Positions 1 through 13,642 of a stretch of 64,000 bases of DNA are shown here, piece by piece (position 1 is the first letter of the stretch; every line of letters begins with the position of its first letter). Position numbers and translations under genes: made by a program. A model generated the notes under the pieces. The model did no database searches. It saw nothing but the letters and a program-made list of their open reading frames with translations, and was not told the origin of the DNA. This DNA is from Octopus vulgaris (Eukaryota). Location: positions 78,554,001 through 78,618,000 of the forward strand of contig OX597823.1 in the NCBI GenBank assembly GCA_951406725.2, read 5' to 3'.

Positions 1-2
1 GA

Positions 3-65
3 ACTAACAATGCCAGCAATACTGACAGAGTTAGCGTACCATTAGCAAATTGTTGTTTCAAGTAA
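3..65 (+). CDS. Possible last codons of a host gene ending ...TNNASNTDRVSVPLANCCFK* (CCxx prenylation-type terminus, Rab-like)
   Basis: Frame open from the window edge to TAA-TAA-TAG (63-71). Polar tail ending CCFK. Followed by ~4 kb free of obvious TEs, UTR-like. Only 20 codons visible. Confidence 0.2.
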   Translation, partial: TNNASNTDRVSVPLANCCFK

Positions 66-300
66 TAATAGCGAGATTGTGTCAAGGGTACCACTTTTTT
101 TTTTTACCATTGTTATTTCTTTGCTTAATCTTTCTTCTCTAGACTTGAACCTGTGGGCTAGCAGGCTGTTTCATCAGCTATGCTAGAAAGTATTTTTGTT
201 GTGTATATTTTTTTTTAAATTTATTATTATTATATTTAATTAAACTATTTGAAATTTTTAATTAAATCAATAAATAATAATAACAATGATGATGATGATT

Positions 301-308
301 ATGATGAC

Positions 309-352
<44 letters not shown>

Positions 353-366
353 TAATAATAATAATA
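301..366. repeat. (AAT)n microsatellite
   Basis: Direct reading. Confidence 0.95.
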
Positions 367-3300
367 AAATTGAAAAACTGAAAGAAAAAAAATTAGCAAA
401 ATCAAATGTGTAAACAAACTGGACATTTTGGCAACAAAAGAGTAAAAAATAACAACAAAAAAACCCTAAAAGAATGAATTTATGTGTAAAAAAGTTTAGA
501 AAATTGTTATGGAAATAAAATAGAAAAAGAAATGGTATGAAAGTAAGCATGTTAAAGATGTTTGCGGAATAGACAGACAGGTGAACAAAAAATATCTTGA
601 CTGTATTGATTTGGCTGTTTTGCAAATCCATTATCATTTGTTTACATATGAATGAATCTTTTATTCTGTATTGTATGTGAGTGTGTATGAGTGTGTGTGT
701 ATGTGCAAGTATGTGTTTGTTTGTGGGCATATGTGGTTGCTAGCATGTATGTGTTGTGTGTGTGTGTGCACTAACCAGTTAACATTCAAAGTTATTTGTG
801 GTACTGTACAGGATTTTTCCCATTTGTATCCTTGTGAGCATTCAGATATTTGCCCCAGCCACCTCTTACTTTTTTTTTTTTTTTTGTATACACAAACTTC
901 TGATTTTTCTCTCAGTCAATCACAGCCTCCTCCTCTTCCTCATTCTCCTCCTACTTTTCTGTTCCCCATATTCTCGAAGGAAAACAAGCAAACTGAAATG
1001 CTATAAACAAAAATTTCCTCCCCACCAAGAAACAAACATGACAACAACAACAACAAATAAATAATAAAAAAAAACATGGATGAAGTAACATAACATCGAT
1101 TTAACAGAATTTCATCTCATTATTATTACTAAACATCAAATGTTATTAAAAAAGAAAACTGAACAAGTCTTTTTTTTTTTATAATATACACACAAAGAGC
1201 TGAAAGATCAAGAGTATATAAGGTTTTTTTTTAAAAAAAAGAACCTGTAAAAAATAGGGGGAAACAGTTAAAGCAAATCAGCTTCAAAGCTAAACAAAAA
1301 AAAAATAATGATTGCTACAATTACATGGAGTTGTTGTTTTCCCAACTGAAAATTGTATATCCGTATTAGAAAAAAAATTGTTTGAGGTATTCCTTCTCTC
1401 TCTCTCTTATAATGTTTTGTAGTGAAATTTGAAAATAAAATCATATAAACCAATACAAATCTAACATATCTGTAGATTTCAGATGAAGACGGTTTAGTCT
1501 GTAGTCAACTATTAATATCTAATCATAATGGTATGTTGTGCAGGTATGTTGAATAATTAATGAATGCAAGCTGCTTGGAAAGAAAAAAGAAGGAAAACTA
1601 GAGGTTATATGTGAATGCTTATGTATGCATATTGCAATCAATTGTGAATACATTGGTTATATGCATATGCAAATGCATGTATATGCATTTTTACATCCAT
1701 GTATATATATATGTGCATATGCATATATATATATTTATACATATATATACATACATTTATGAGTGTGTGTACATATGTATATGCATTGTCTTCCTGATCA
1801 TCACATTGATTAGAATTGTGTCTACTGTATTAATACAGTAGATATACAAACAATATGTTGAGAGAAAATGCATAGAATTACTAACAAAACATGTGACTAC
1901 ATGTTTGAATGTAGTGATGAACCTAGTATGTGAGCTCCTCACTGGACCATGTGGGTACAGACAAAAAACAGATACAGTTATATGTTATTCTGTCTACTAC
2001 CATGCATAAGTCTTCATGCAAACAACCTTCTGTGTATGTATGACTGCATGTATGTATAAGTATGAGTGTAAGTATGCATGTGTGAGAGAGGTATGATATC
2101 CATTTTATCATAATTAATTTTTATTAGTTTCACTTTGTATGAGAAAAAAAAAAAATAATTGTCAAAATTATGAAATTTTTAGTTGTTTTCATTTTTTAAT
2201 TACTAAATTTCTAACCTTTATATCATAAAATTAAACATAAAAATTAAACTTCATTTTTTATTTTATTTATTATTTCTGAAAAAAAAAAAAATTCTGAATT
2301 TTAAAAAAATAAATAATATGAATCTAACTGTTTTGTTTCTCATATCGAAAATAATTAAAAATTCTTTGTTTCATTTTATTTTGGGCAAAAATGAAGTTAC
2401 TGCAAGTTCTTAACGATTTAGAACCACACCGCTGAATAGAGTAGGCCAGCTGAACAATCTTGAGAAATGAATATTTAAACTTATTAACTCATAAAATACT
2501 TTATTCTCCAGCTTACTTCATATAGTTATAAATGCTGCCAAGTAATGTGGTAATGTGTTGTATGTGTGTGTATATAAATATATATGTATACATTTATATA
2601 TATCATATTATGGGTATATTTATACATATACTAGGTGCTTTTTGATTCTATCTTTATAGAATATTATTACATAAGAACTGGAGAAATATGTTTTTTTATC
2701 ATTCAATTCTTGAAATAGATTTCATCTGTGTTCATTTGATAATGGCAGGCAGAGTTCTTGTGAGAACATTGAGAACATTGAGTCTGATGAAGTTGTCAGT
2801 ACTTCTTATGATTAACAAATGTTATATTTGGTATTTGCATGATTGACTAATGTCCATGTAAGAAATTTCTGATCGAAGTATCATGTAAACAGCAAATCAT
2901 CACTGCTTAACACTAATACTAAAATTTCTGGACATTCTCAACTCTGAATAAATGGAAAGAAATCATTGAAATGGTCTGGTTGTAAGTCATTCCTGTTAAC
3001 AAATACACCATATTCATTGTTATTCATTGACTTCTCACCGAAAAAAAAAAAAATGAAACAAAAACACATCCACTTACTCTGGTTCACAAACACTTCAGCT
3101 TTGGTTTAATCAGGTTCAACATTTGATGATTATACTAAATACTAATTAAATTAGCAACCAGCAGTTTTGTTCCTATATTCACAAGTTAAGTAATTACTTG
3201 GTTCTAAATTAGGTGAAATATATGGGAAGAAAAAGAACGAAAAAGAATTTAATTAGTCAAATCAACAAAGAAATTCATTACCTTACACTATAAATTACTT

Positions 3301-3748
3301 AATATCGAAAACAAAAATGTAGCAGATTACAAGAAAAAAATCAGCAAAACAACATAGAAATTGTTATAAAAATCCAAAATATAAAGTGGAGGTGGGTGTG
3401 GGGATCATTATAAACCAATTCTAAATGTCAGTGAAACTTCTATTTCTGCCATGAAAATTTTTATTTCGTTTAGTTACATTTTTATGGAAGTTAAGTGTTT
3501 TTCTTTTAATTGCTTTTTCTTTCCTCCTTTATTTTTTTTTATTTGTGAAAGGTTAAATGCCTGCTGCTTTCAACTTTTACAAAGTGATGTTTATTAATTA
3601 TTACAACAATTATTGTTTTCATCAACATGAGAAATATTAAAGCTACCCTTGTCATCATAGATAATTTTTACATCTACCCTATTATTGTTATCTTCTGTCA
3701 TTATTATTATTATTGTTGTTGTTATTAGTTTTATCATTCTTCATAATG

Positions 3749-3750
<2 letters not shown>

Positions 3751-3846
<96 letters not shown>

Positions 3847-3881
3847 GTATATGTATATACATATATACACACACACACACA
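3751..3881. repeat. (TA)n/(CA)n microsatellite
   Basis: Direct reading; source of the YIYI ORFs. Confidence 0.95.
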
Positions 3882-4679
3882 TAATGTTTGTATGTTCTGT
3901 TAAAAATAAATCTCAATTTATATGTATGCATAACCTTAACCCCATCTCAACCACACCATATTAAACATTGAATATTAATACTAAAAGAAAAATGCATCGA
4001 AATATCCTGGTATGTTCATTTTAGTTTTAAAAAAAATCAATTGTCACCTGAATAAACTATGTAACCCTGTCCCCAAAGAATTGTCTCTGTGTATATTATG
4101 TAAGTATATTAAAGCATATAATCAACTGTGTATAGAAGACATTACATAAGAAGTCTGTATACATTGTTTTTAATCTACATACCCTCATGTATGGACACAT
4201 GTTGAATCTTTGTATAATATGAGTTGGTATGAGCATATATGTATATATGTGTGAGTGTGAGTGTGTATACATGCATAGCGATATATGTATACTGACTGTG
4301 TGGCATATAAAAATTTTCTTCCTTAACATGCAACCAAGCATCTCTGAATTGATGCATGTATATATAATTATATTGAACAGGTATCCAAACATCCATGGGG
4401 AAATTATCTTCTTCCTGAAACAGAGGAGGCTGTCTAGATTATATGTTTACAAAACCTGGTTACTTTATATATGAAGTAATTGGTGCCATCTTGTGAAATG
4501 AAGCTAGTCTATAAGAAAAACACATGAAACTTCCGCTTCCAACCTTACGGCAGTTACCCAGGTTAATAACCTGTACATTGTGATGTCTCCTATCCCAGGA
4601 AGGAGAAGAGATTCTACCTTTGTTTAGGGTAGAATTTATTTAAATAATGATAATGATGATAATGATAATAATGCATTCT

Positions 4680-4711
4680 TACATTGGCACAAGATCATAC
4701 ATCTTTGGGAA

Positions 4712-4748
<37 letters not shown>

Positions 4749-4912
4749 ACTATGTGAAATCAGAAGTTCACCAGTATTTATTTATTTTATTGACCCTTCA
4801 AAAGGATAAAATATAAAGTCGACCGTGGTACAATTTGAACACAAAGGGATGTGGCTAAATACCACAAGGTATTAAATACATTGCTCCACTGATTCTGCCA
4901 ATCCACTGCCCT
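4680..4912 (-). mobile_element. Decayed tRNA-derived SINE (family A, Meta-domain-like core)
   Basis: aaagtcgaccgtggtacaatttgaac and gattctgccaatccactgcc match the reverse complement of the younger family A copy at 41734. Confidence 0.65.
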
Positions 4913-6947
4913 TTGTATAATTTATGTTGATGTCTCCTATTGGCTCTTTCATTTCAAGATCTGATCCGCCAAAGACCACTGCCTATAGTGTAAAACCAAC
5001 TGTGATGATAAGGATTTACAGAAGACTAATATGGAGATTTAACACACATTCATATAGGCATAAAATAGGGAAAATATGAGTACTCATTCCCCATTTCTCA
5101 ACCCTTATTCAATAGTCTTAAAATGTATTTCTATATAGGCTATATGAAAATATGTTTAATCAGTTCAGATGAAAGTATTTACATTCTTTTTCTTAGACCC
5201 TAAAGTGCAATCCATTACAATACAAAACTCTAGCTCCTTAATATCTCAGCATTGAGTTTTTCTTGATAGTGATTATTTGCAGCATATAGAAACACATGCT
5301 ATGCAGTAAACAAGGAAGAAACCTCAGTATTTTTCAGATCTTAGTATGTTTGTTCATATCATTGGTGAGTTTATCAGTAAAAGTATGATATTGTATCACT
5401 GTTTGAAATATCATTAGCAGTTTTATTTTGTATAAGTCATCTGGTTCGGTGTTATCTATTCTAATCATTCTATAACTACATCAGAGCAGCAATGCTACAG
5501 TATCAAAGATGACTTATGGACTCACAGATAAGCAGAGGTTGCTTTGCCTTTACACTGACAGATGCCTGTCTCTACCTCAATGATGGTTAGTGGTGCAATG
5601 ATCATTAGTGGTTTTACTTTTGGTTTTAATAGTTATATTACATGAGACCCAAACTATTTGTAATTCAAATTCTAAAGATTTGAAATAATTGTTGATAAGA
5701 AGTCTGCCACCATTAGAGATTCTGTGATCTGATCTCTGATTTCTATCAAGATTTCTCTAGCCACTTTTTTTTCAAGAGTAACTCAGTTGACTTAAAGCAA
5801 ATTTTATGTTTTCTTTCATTGTCCAGTTCTATAAAATCCTGCAGATATTCCGTTTCTGATTGGGTTCTAAGTGAATTGAAAATCCACATTCTTAGTTGGT
5901 TTTCACCCAAGTAATACACTATATTAAGAGATAAATGCATTAAGAAAATGAATGTAATATGAGAAATTTATAATAATAATAATAAGGATAATGATAATAA
6001 TAATGATGATGGTTTCATTATTTGCCAAAATGGTAATGGATAAAGGGAGTATTATAAAAATAGTAAGGTGTGTGTAACACAGAGTTGATAATGGAAAAAA
6101 GGAAAAAAATACAAGCATGAGAAACAATAATAAAATGTACACATGCTTGCAAATAACAGTAAACATGAACATGTAAATATGTACATCGAGATAATGTTTG
6201 CAGGTATCAATCCAAACCAACAACATGAGAAGTACTAGCCCAAAGTGTGACTTCATTCTTCCCATTTGTCTCATATTATTCAACATTTCAAATTTAAGCA
6301 TTTTTTTGTGTAATGTTGAAGTTCATTGTACAAACTCTAGCAGTTACAGAAGCAGTGACCGCAATACTTATTGTATCACTCTACACACAACAATATTCCA
6401 TATATTTCTGCTGTTGGCAGTCTTAATGTTCAATCTAATTTTTTTTGTCATGTGTGAATAAAACTTAGGTGTAAACTGCATAGTTATCACTCCTTCATAC
6501 CTAATAACAATGAAGGTATTTGCCAGAATGGAAATGTATAAAATTAATTAATTGATTAATTTAGTAAAGAACATCAAATATCATCCCTAAACTCCTTAAA
6601 CATTAATTTAATTTAATAAAAAAAAAATGAATTTATTCGCATAGTAACTCTTACTACCCTGTCTAGAAGGCTAAAATTTACTAGTATGGCTGTTTAGAAG
6701 AAGAAAGAGAGAAATTAATTAATACTTGAACAAATTATTAGTTATATTACTAAAACATTTTTTGCTATTTTTTAATTAAACTTTCCACCTTCCCCTCACA
6801 CACACATCTGTATTCCCATTATTTATTTTTATTTTTATTGTGAAAATAGGAAAATTAGTTTGATTGCTACCAATTATTTCACAAGCTTTTAGTGAATTAA
6901 AATTAATTTTTGACCTGACCACACCAAGCATATATCTTTAGGTTTAG

Positions 6948-6997
<50 letters not shown>

Positions 6998-8344
6998 GTG
7001 TTTGCACTGAATATCACAAATCCAATTGGAAATGTGAGAATGACACTGATATCATAAATCCATTTTATCGATCTTTTCCATGGATTGTTTGATTATCAGT
7101 TTTCTGATCTCTGTTGTCCTTTCATCATTGTAAAAGTAGATAAAAAGAAATGCTAAAGTTATCAGTCTTAGGTGTAAATCTGATGTCATTCTCCTTTATC
7201 TATTGGAGAGTTTAGCAAGCAATTACTCAGATAAACAAGAAAAAACGACAAGGTATGCAAAAGGAACCTACAATTGGTTCATGTCTGTTTTGTTATTAGA
7301 TTTACAAATAATAAAAAGATATTGTCTTATTTTCAACAAATCACTATAGGTATTTGTGTGGTCATTATAAAACAAAACAACCATAACTACTCTGAAATAT
7401 TTTACATATCAAGTGGGACATGATGAAGACCATTTGGTATTATGAATTACCTTGATTTAGCCAGTGACCCTTAAAAGTTCGAATATGCTCCCCAGTTTTT
7501 TTGCGGGGTTTTTTAACCATGGAAGAATGATCAGATCATTATGAAACACTATGATTTTCAGCTGTTTAAGATTCTTTGGATCCTCTGGATCAACAAGTTG
7601 CTATTTGATTATTTGTCTCTTGTCCAGGTTTCAAGATCCAGCTGTATATCAACCCGCGAGGATGTGAGAAAAATCTAAAAAACTTAAAAATGATTGTGCT
7701 ATTAACTGTTTGTTCACAAAGATCTTCATACTTCATTGAAGAAGCTTATCATACTTAAAGTCTGTGATCTGTGATCTTAGGTAATTTTTGCAGAGAAAAT
7801 CATGCATAAATATAGAGCCAGGCATTATTAAATAGAAATTGGAGGAAGAGGTGTATGGATCAAGGAATAAACATTGAAATGGATGAATCAAACTCAATCG
7901 AAAAATTTTAAACAAAATAAATGACACTGAAAATACTTCAATTACTGATGCCATTTTAATCATTAAAATAAACACCAACATCGACCTCATTGCTTTAATT
8001 ATCATTATTATTCATATTTCTCTTGTTAAAAAACAATAGAGACATTATACATTTGTTTCTATTTACGTTGTTTAAAGTTTCAATCTGAGCCTTTTGAAAC
8101 AGGACATGTTTACAGTAGTGATTTTGCATGACTGAAAGAGGATATATTATAGCAAAATGAGAAAGTAGTGGAATAAATACTGCCAATCTGAATATAAGAC
8201 ACAATGGTTATTGAAGATAAAGAGCTCACCTAGTGAACCTGTAGTCATAAGAACAAACCACACTACAAGCAATATGCTGTGTCACTGAACACGTTACATG
8301 CTTCCACTTCCTTTGATTGGCTTGTCTGACTTCTACTTCGAGGT

Positions 8345-8732
8345 TGACTACTTTGTGGAGTTAGAAGAAATGTATCAAACATTAAAAATAAAACTCTGGG
8401 TTCAAATCCAGATAAAGTTAAATTTGCTTTCCATCCTTGCAAGATAGATAAAGTACCAGTCAGATTCTGGTCCCTTCCACCTCCTCATGAATTTCTGGCT
8501 TTGTATTTTTAGTAGAAATTGTTATTAAATGACAGAAACATTTGTGCTGAACCACAATACTTTGCAGTATTTAGGTGCATCCTTCTATATGGTGTTCAAA
8601 TCATTCTCTGGTCAGATTTGCCTTTCATCTCTCCAGGGGTAATAAAATAAAGTACCAGTATTAAATTGCATGTCTATTCATTGGATGATACTCTTTCCTC
8701 TATAAAATTGTGACTATGTGCCAATGTAAGAA

Positions 8733-8794
<62 letters not shown>

Positions 8795-9312
8795 CATTGT
8801 GTTTGTTGTCAAAACGTAGTGGAGTGGCAATAACAACAGAGTGCCATGCAAAATGTCTTACAAAATTTAATTTCATCTTTCTACATCTCGAGTTCAAATC
8901 CAACTGGAACCAACTATGCCTTTCATCCTTCTGGGTTAAAATAAAGTTGCAGGCTTGTACTAGGATCAATTCAATTCACTCCATCTTATCCCACGACTGC
9001 TTAGTTTTGTACCATTGTAAGAAATTACCATTATGATTGTTATTATTATTATTATTATTATTAGAGATGTTGGGTTGGCTGAATGTTTTGAGCATTGGAT
9101 AAAATGCCTTGTGATATTTGTTCTAATTCTCCATATTCTGAGTTCAAATCTCACCGGGATCAACTTTGTCTTTCATTCATCTGGGGTTGGGGTCTATATA
9201 ACAAAATACCAGTCAAATCAGTACAAGTCAGGATCAATGGTATTAACTAAACTGGCTTCCCTCAAAATTGTAGGCCTTGCACCTAAATAAGAAAGGACTA
9301 TTATTATTATTA

Positions 9313-9358
<46 letters not shown>

Positions 9359-9545
9359 GGGGTGGTGACTTGATAAATTCATTAGAGCTTCTTCAGACAA
9401 AATGCCTTGCAATACATGTTCTGGATCTTTATGCTCTGAGTTCAAATCCCATCAAATTCAAATTGCCTTTCATTCTTCCAGGGTCGTGACTAGCCTCTCC
9501 CCAAAATTTGAGGCATTGTGCCTATGCCAGAAATCAATATCATTA
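8345..9545 (+). mobile_element. Head-to-tail array of ~5 decayed family A SINEs separated by (TAT)n tails
   Basis: Repeated ctgagttcaaat (B box) ... gcctttcatcc ... aagtaccagt ... ggccttgtgcc blocks near 8400, 8600, 8890, 9140 and 9435. Confidence 0.8.
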
Positions 9546-11139
9546 TTATTGTTATTATTATTGTCTGCAGCATTGTCACATGTCTGAAGACAGAGTCTTC
9601 AGAGTCATTTAAGCTACACCCTTTACAATAATGGCTTAATTCTTTCTGAGTCTTCCTTTGTCTCCAATTAAGTCTAATATCTTTGGTGGAGTGGGGGAGG
9701 GGCAGTTTACCTTCAGTGAAAGTATGAAAGCATTTTGAGTAAGAGGTGCCATTTTTTTTCAACCATCTACAGAATCCTTTAAATGGAAATAGAATCAAGC
9801 CATTCTGGCATGATATCCACAAATACTTATCTTTCTTTCACCCATTGAAGTTGATAATGTTTATTATTTTAACAGTTTATGGAGATAAGGGATGTATTTC
9901 ATAGTCTTACTTTAGAAATTGGATCAATCTTCTTTGCTCAATAAAACATCTGAAGACAAGAGTTAAACATATGGTGTTCCCTGGTGGTAGCTATTATAAG
10001 GAGATAATCACTTCTAGATTAATCATAATGGGATTAAAGGCTTGAATTTTAAATCAAGGAATATTGAAGAAGATGCACAGATTATGTATATCTAAATGTT
10101 TCTTAGTCTTTACAAAACCTTAAATATTCTTATCACAGGAAGCCATGATAATACTATTTCATCCTTATTTGAAATCATCAGTATAACATAGTCCTGTTGA
10201 TTTCTGTTAATCTTAGTTGTGTTATGAATGAATAGAATGGCATGCCAAAACTTTGCCAAACTTTGCCAAAAATAATTAGCATATTTTACTTTAGAAACTA
10301 CTGAAGAATTAATTTTACACATACTTATTTCGGGCAATGGCAGAAGTAGAAAAAGATTTCTTCGGACCCTTTAATATATTCAATATCCGACTTTCTTAGA
10401 GTGAAGGTTTTTGTTATGTTACACAGACTACTAAATTTTTCCTCAGTGAATTAGTGAATGTTCTCTTACCTCTGTAAAACAATAGAGATTTTTTTTATAT
10501 ACAACTACCACTTTCTCGGTTATTTTCTGGTTTGTTTTTTTTTTTTGTTTTTGTTTTATTTCCCCAGATAATTATTATGGAATAGTTTGAGGCTTCAAGA
10601 AACATTTTTTCTTTCTTCTGATAATTTGGTAGTTGTTGAGGGAAAAGATGATGGTGGTATAAAAGTAATCTAAGCAATATCTAGCCAAAAGCAGGAAAGA
10701 TACAAAAAATAGTATTAAAAACGATACCCATGTTATAAATTGCTGGCTCAATCAAATTTATTTTAATTGTTAATTTTGTTCTCAATGTTAATTTTTTTTA
10801 TATATTTTATAAACTTAATCTTTATTTCCTAAACATTACCAAAACCCTTTTTAAACAATTTCAATGACTGATAAATATATCTTTTATTTTTCTTAATAAT
10901 AATACATCCACTTACAACATACAGAAATGGAATTTAAAACAAATGCTGGTTATAACTGTAATCAACATCATTGTCATTATCTTCATGAATATCATAATTG
11001 TAATCACTATTATAATTAGTTGATCATTGTTATGATACCTCACTTGATTGCAATATAATACCAGTTTTTTTACATCAGTCTTCGTCATCATCTCCATTAC
11101 TATTCTTTTTATTTTTATTATTATTATTGTTGTTGTTGA

Positions 11140-11645
11140 GTGATGCAGATGGTAGATCAATGAAAGAACTTGTTGCAAATTATTACAGCCCTTTATGTTC
11201 TGAGTTCATACTCTATATCTGGGTTAACTTTACCATTCATTCCTCCAGATTCTACAAAATAAATACCAACCAAGTTCTGGGGATCAATTCTATCAAAAGT
11301 ACGTCCTTCATAAAATAGGTAGCCTTGTGCTTATAGTAAAAGCTATTATTATTATTATCATTATTATTATTATTAACATTATTATTACTACTATTATTAT
11401 TATGTAGGGGAATGGTAGAATTATCAGAGTGTCTCAGAAAAAATGCCTTACAGTGTTTCTTCTGGTTCTTTACATTCTGAGTTCGTATCCTGCTGAGGTC
11501 AACTTCATTCCTTCAAATCAGTAAAATACAGTACCAGTCAATTACTGGAGTTGATGATTTTGACTAAGCCCTAAATCCTACCGTCAAAATTGTTGGTCTT
11601 GTGCCTAAACCAGAAACAATTATTATTCTTATTATCATCATTATT
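11140..11645 (+). mobile_element. Two tandem decayed family A SINEs with (TAT)n tails
   Basis: ttctgagttc...taccaa/taccagt...ccttgtgc motifs near 11198 and 11475. Confidence 0.75.
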
Positions 11646-11783
11646 AAGAAATGATAATTATAGTTAATTATAATTACTAATTCTGTTGGTAAACATTCAT
11701 ATTCTATTCAACACATTGGAGCCTCTATGTTGTCACTTGACCTACTAGAGACAGTAGTCAAGTACCCTCACACACTATATCGA

Positions 11784-11823
<40 letters not shown>

Positions 11824-12247
11824 CACACACCTTAAATACAGCATTATCACACTTCAAAATAAGGATATAGCAGGTTCAATTTCCATTATAGATCTTACTT
11901 ATTTATATACATTAACTAAGAGCAACTGTCAGAAATTCTTTGAGATACCTCGACTTTATCATCTCATCATACACAAAAAGATAATTACCATTAATAGTTT
12001 AGTCCTAAATATTACATCTGAATTTATATCTTGAAATAAAAACAAACCTAGAAAAAAAAAGAGAATTATGGTATGTTCCAACTAGAGTATTTGTGATCAT
12101 TGAAATCAGTTTGATTAGAGTTGACTTAGGACTAAATAACCACAAATGTATATTGATTTATAAAAAAGGAAAACTCAACAAGAGAAAACCATTATAGTAT
12201 CTCTATACAATATAAACATTCACAACACACACTGATGTACGTGTGTG

Positions 12248-12284
<37 letters not shown>

Positions 12285-12460
12285 GTATAAACATGCACGC
12301 CACACATACTCACACAGGGTAACAATAAATAAATAGGTTTGTATATAATTCCAAACAAAATAATTCTTGCCAGAGGCCAAGTAAAATGTGTTTTAATGAA
12401 TACATTTTTGTAAGAATTATATACATAAAATTACCTTTACAGGCAAACACAACTACCCAC

Positions 12461-12521
<61 letters not shown>

Positions 12522-13601
12522 ATATATATTGAATTATTCATGTTAATTATGCTTTTCCATATTATTTCTGTTATCATTATTCCTATCATCAGTATTATTA
12601 TTATTATTATTATTATTATGAAAGAATGTAAAAAATAATCAGGTTATATGATGAACAAGTTAATGATTGGTTGTTATGGAAACGAAATTTTGGCATGGGG
12701 GAGGGGAATAGCTTTTCATTGTTGTTATGTTATTATGATTATATTTGCAGGGAGATGAGGGTCTATTTTTGTGTTTGTTTGTTTATTTTTGTTGTTGTTT
12801 GTTTGTTTTCTTCTCAGTTACATTGAAGAAGCCATTATGTATTAACTGCTCCAAGGTAAACTGGATGTGAGATGTTGATTAATTAAAAAATAATTATATT
12901 TTGACTGTTGCTAGAGAAGATAAGATCATCTCTTGTTGAAGTAATGAGGAAGCCATGATGTAGTTGCTCAGCTTGTTGGAAATAGCAGCCAAATCTTCCT
13001 CAAATAATACCCTAGTTCATCTTGAAAATGAGAAGGAAGGCCAAATTAAAGATAATGTAATTCCAGATATATCTGAAAATATGATGGATGGTCATGGATG
13101 GAACACCTTTGTCCATAGGTCTTCTTGATCAGGACTAACCTAAGAGGGTGGGATGTTTAGGAGATGTCTGCGAAAATAATATTCATATATCTTTATATGA
13201 TGCTGTTGCTAGCAGGAGAGTTGTATGAATTCAATTATTGAAATTACCCTTTTGGACAAGAAATATTACTTGGCATAACAAGAGTTAATTAATTTAAAAT
13301 TGTTGTGGATTGATTAGTATTTGCTTGAAGGTTTAGCTGAGGGAGTGGGTTATATTCTGCAGGGCAGCTTTTTTTTGGTAAGTTACGAGAGAAACAGTTA
13401 GTTAGAAAATGTAATTCAGCTTCTAGAGAAAAAGTCATAGCATTGTGAAAACATGAATTTTTTGTTGGAATGCTGACTATATCTAAAAGAGTATTGTTTC
13501 TTAAATCATTGGAACTACATATATTCCATGCTGAAGTGCAGGGATTACAGCAATTATAGAATATTCTGCAGCATATATCTATATATATATATGTATGTAT
13601 G

Positions 13602-13642
<41 letters not shown>

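Noticed and set aside
5339-7669. Micro-exon-like AG...GT segments at ~5339-5365 and ~7628-7663
   Set aside because: Splice-like signals are expected by chance; no recognisable peptide; needs RNA-seq
10124-10190. WD40-like peptide ILITGSHDNTI
   Set aside because: Lacks the closing W-D, ends in a stop, and has no supporting neighbouring repeats or donor site
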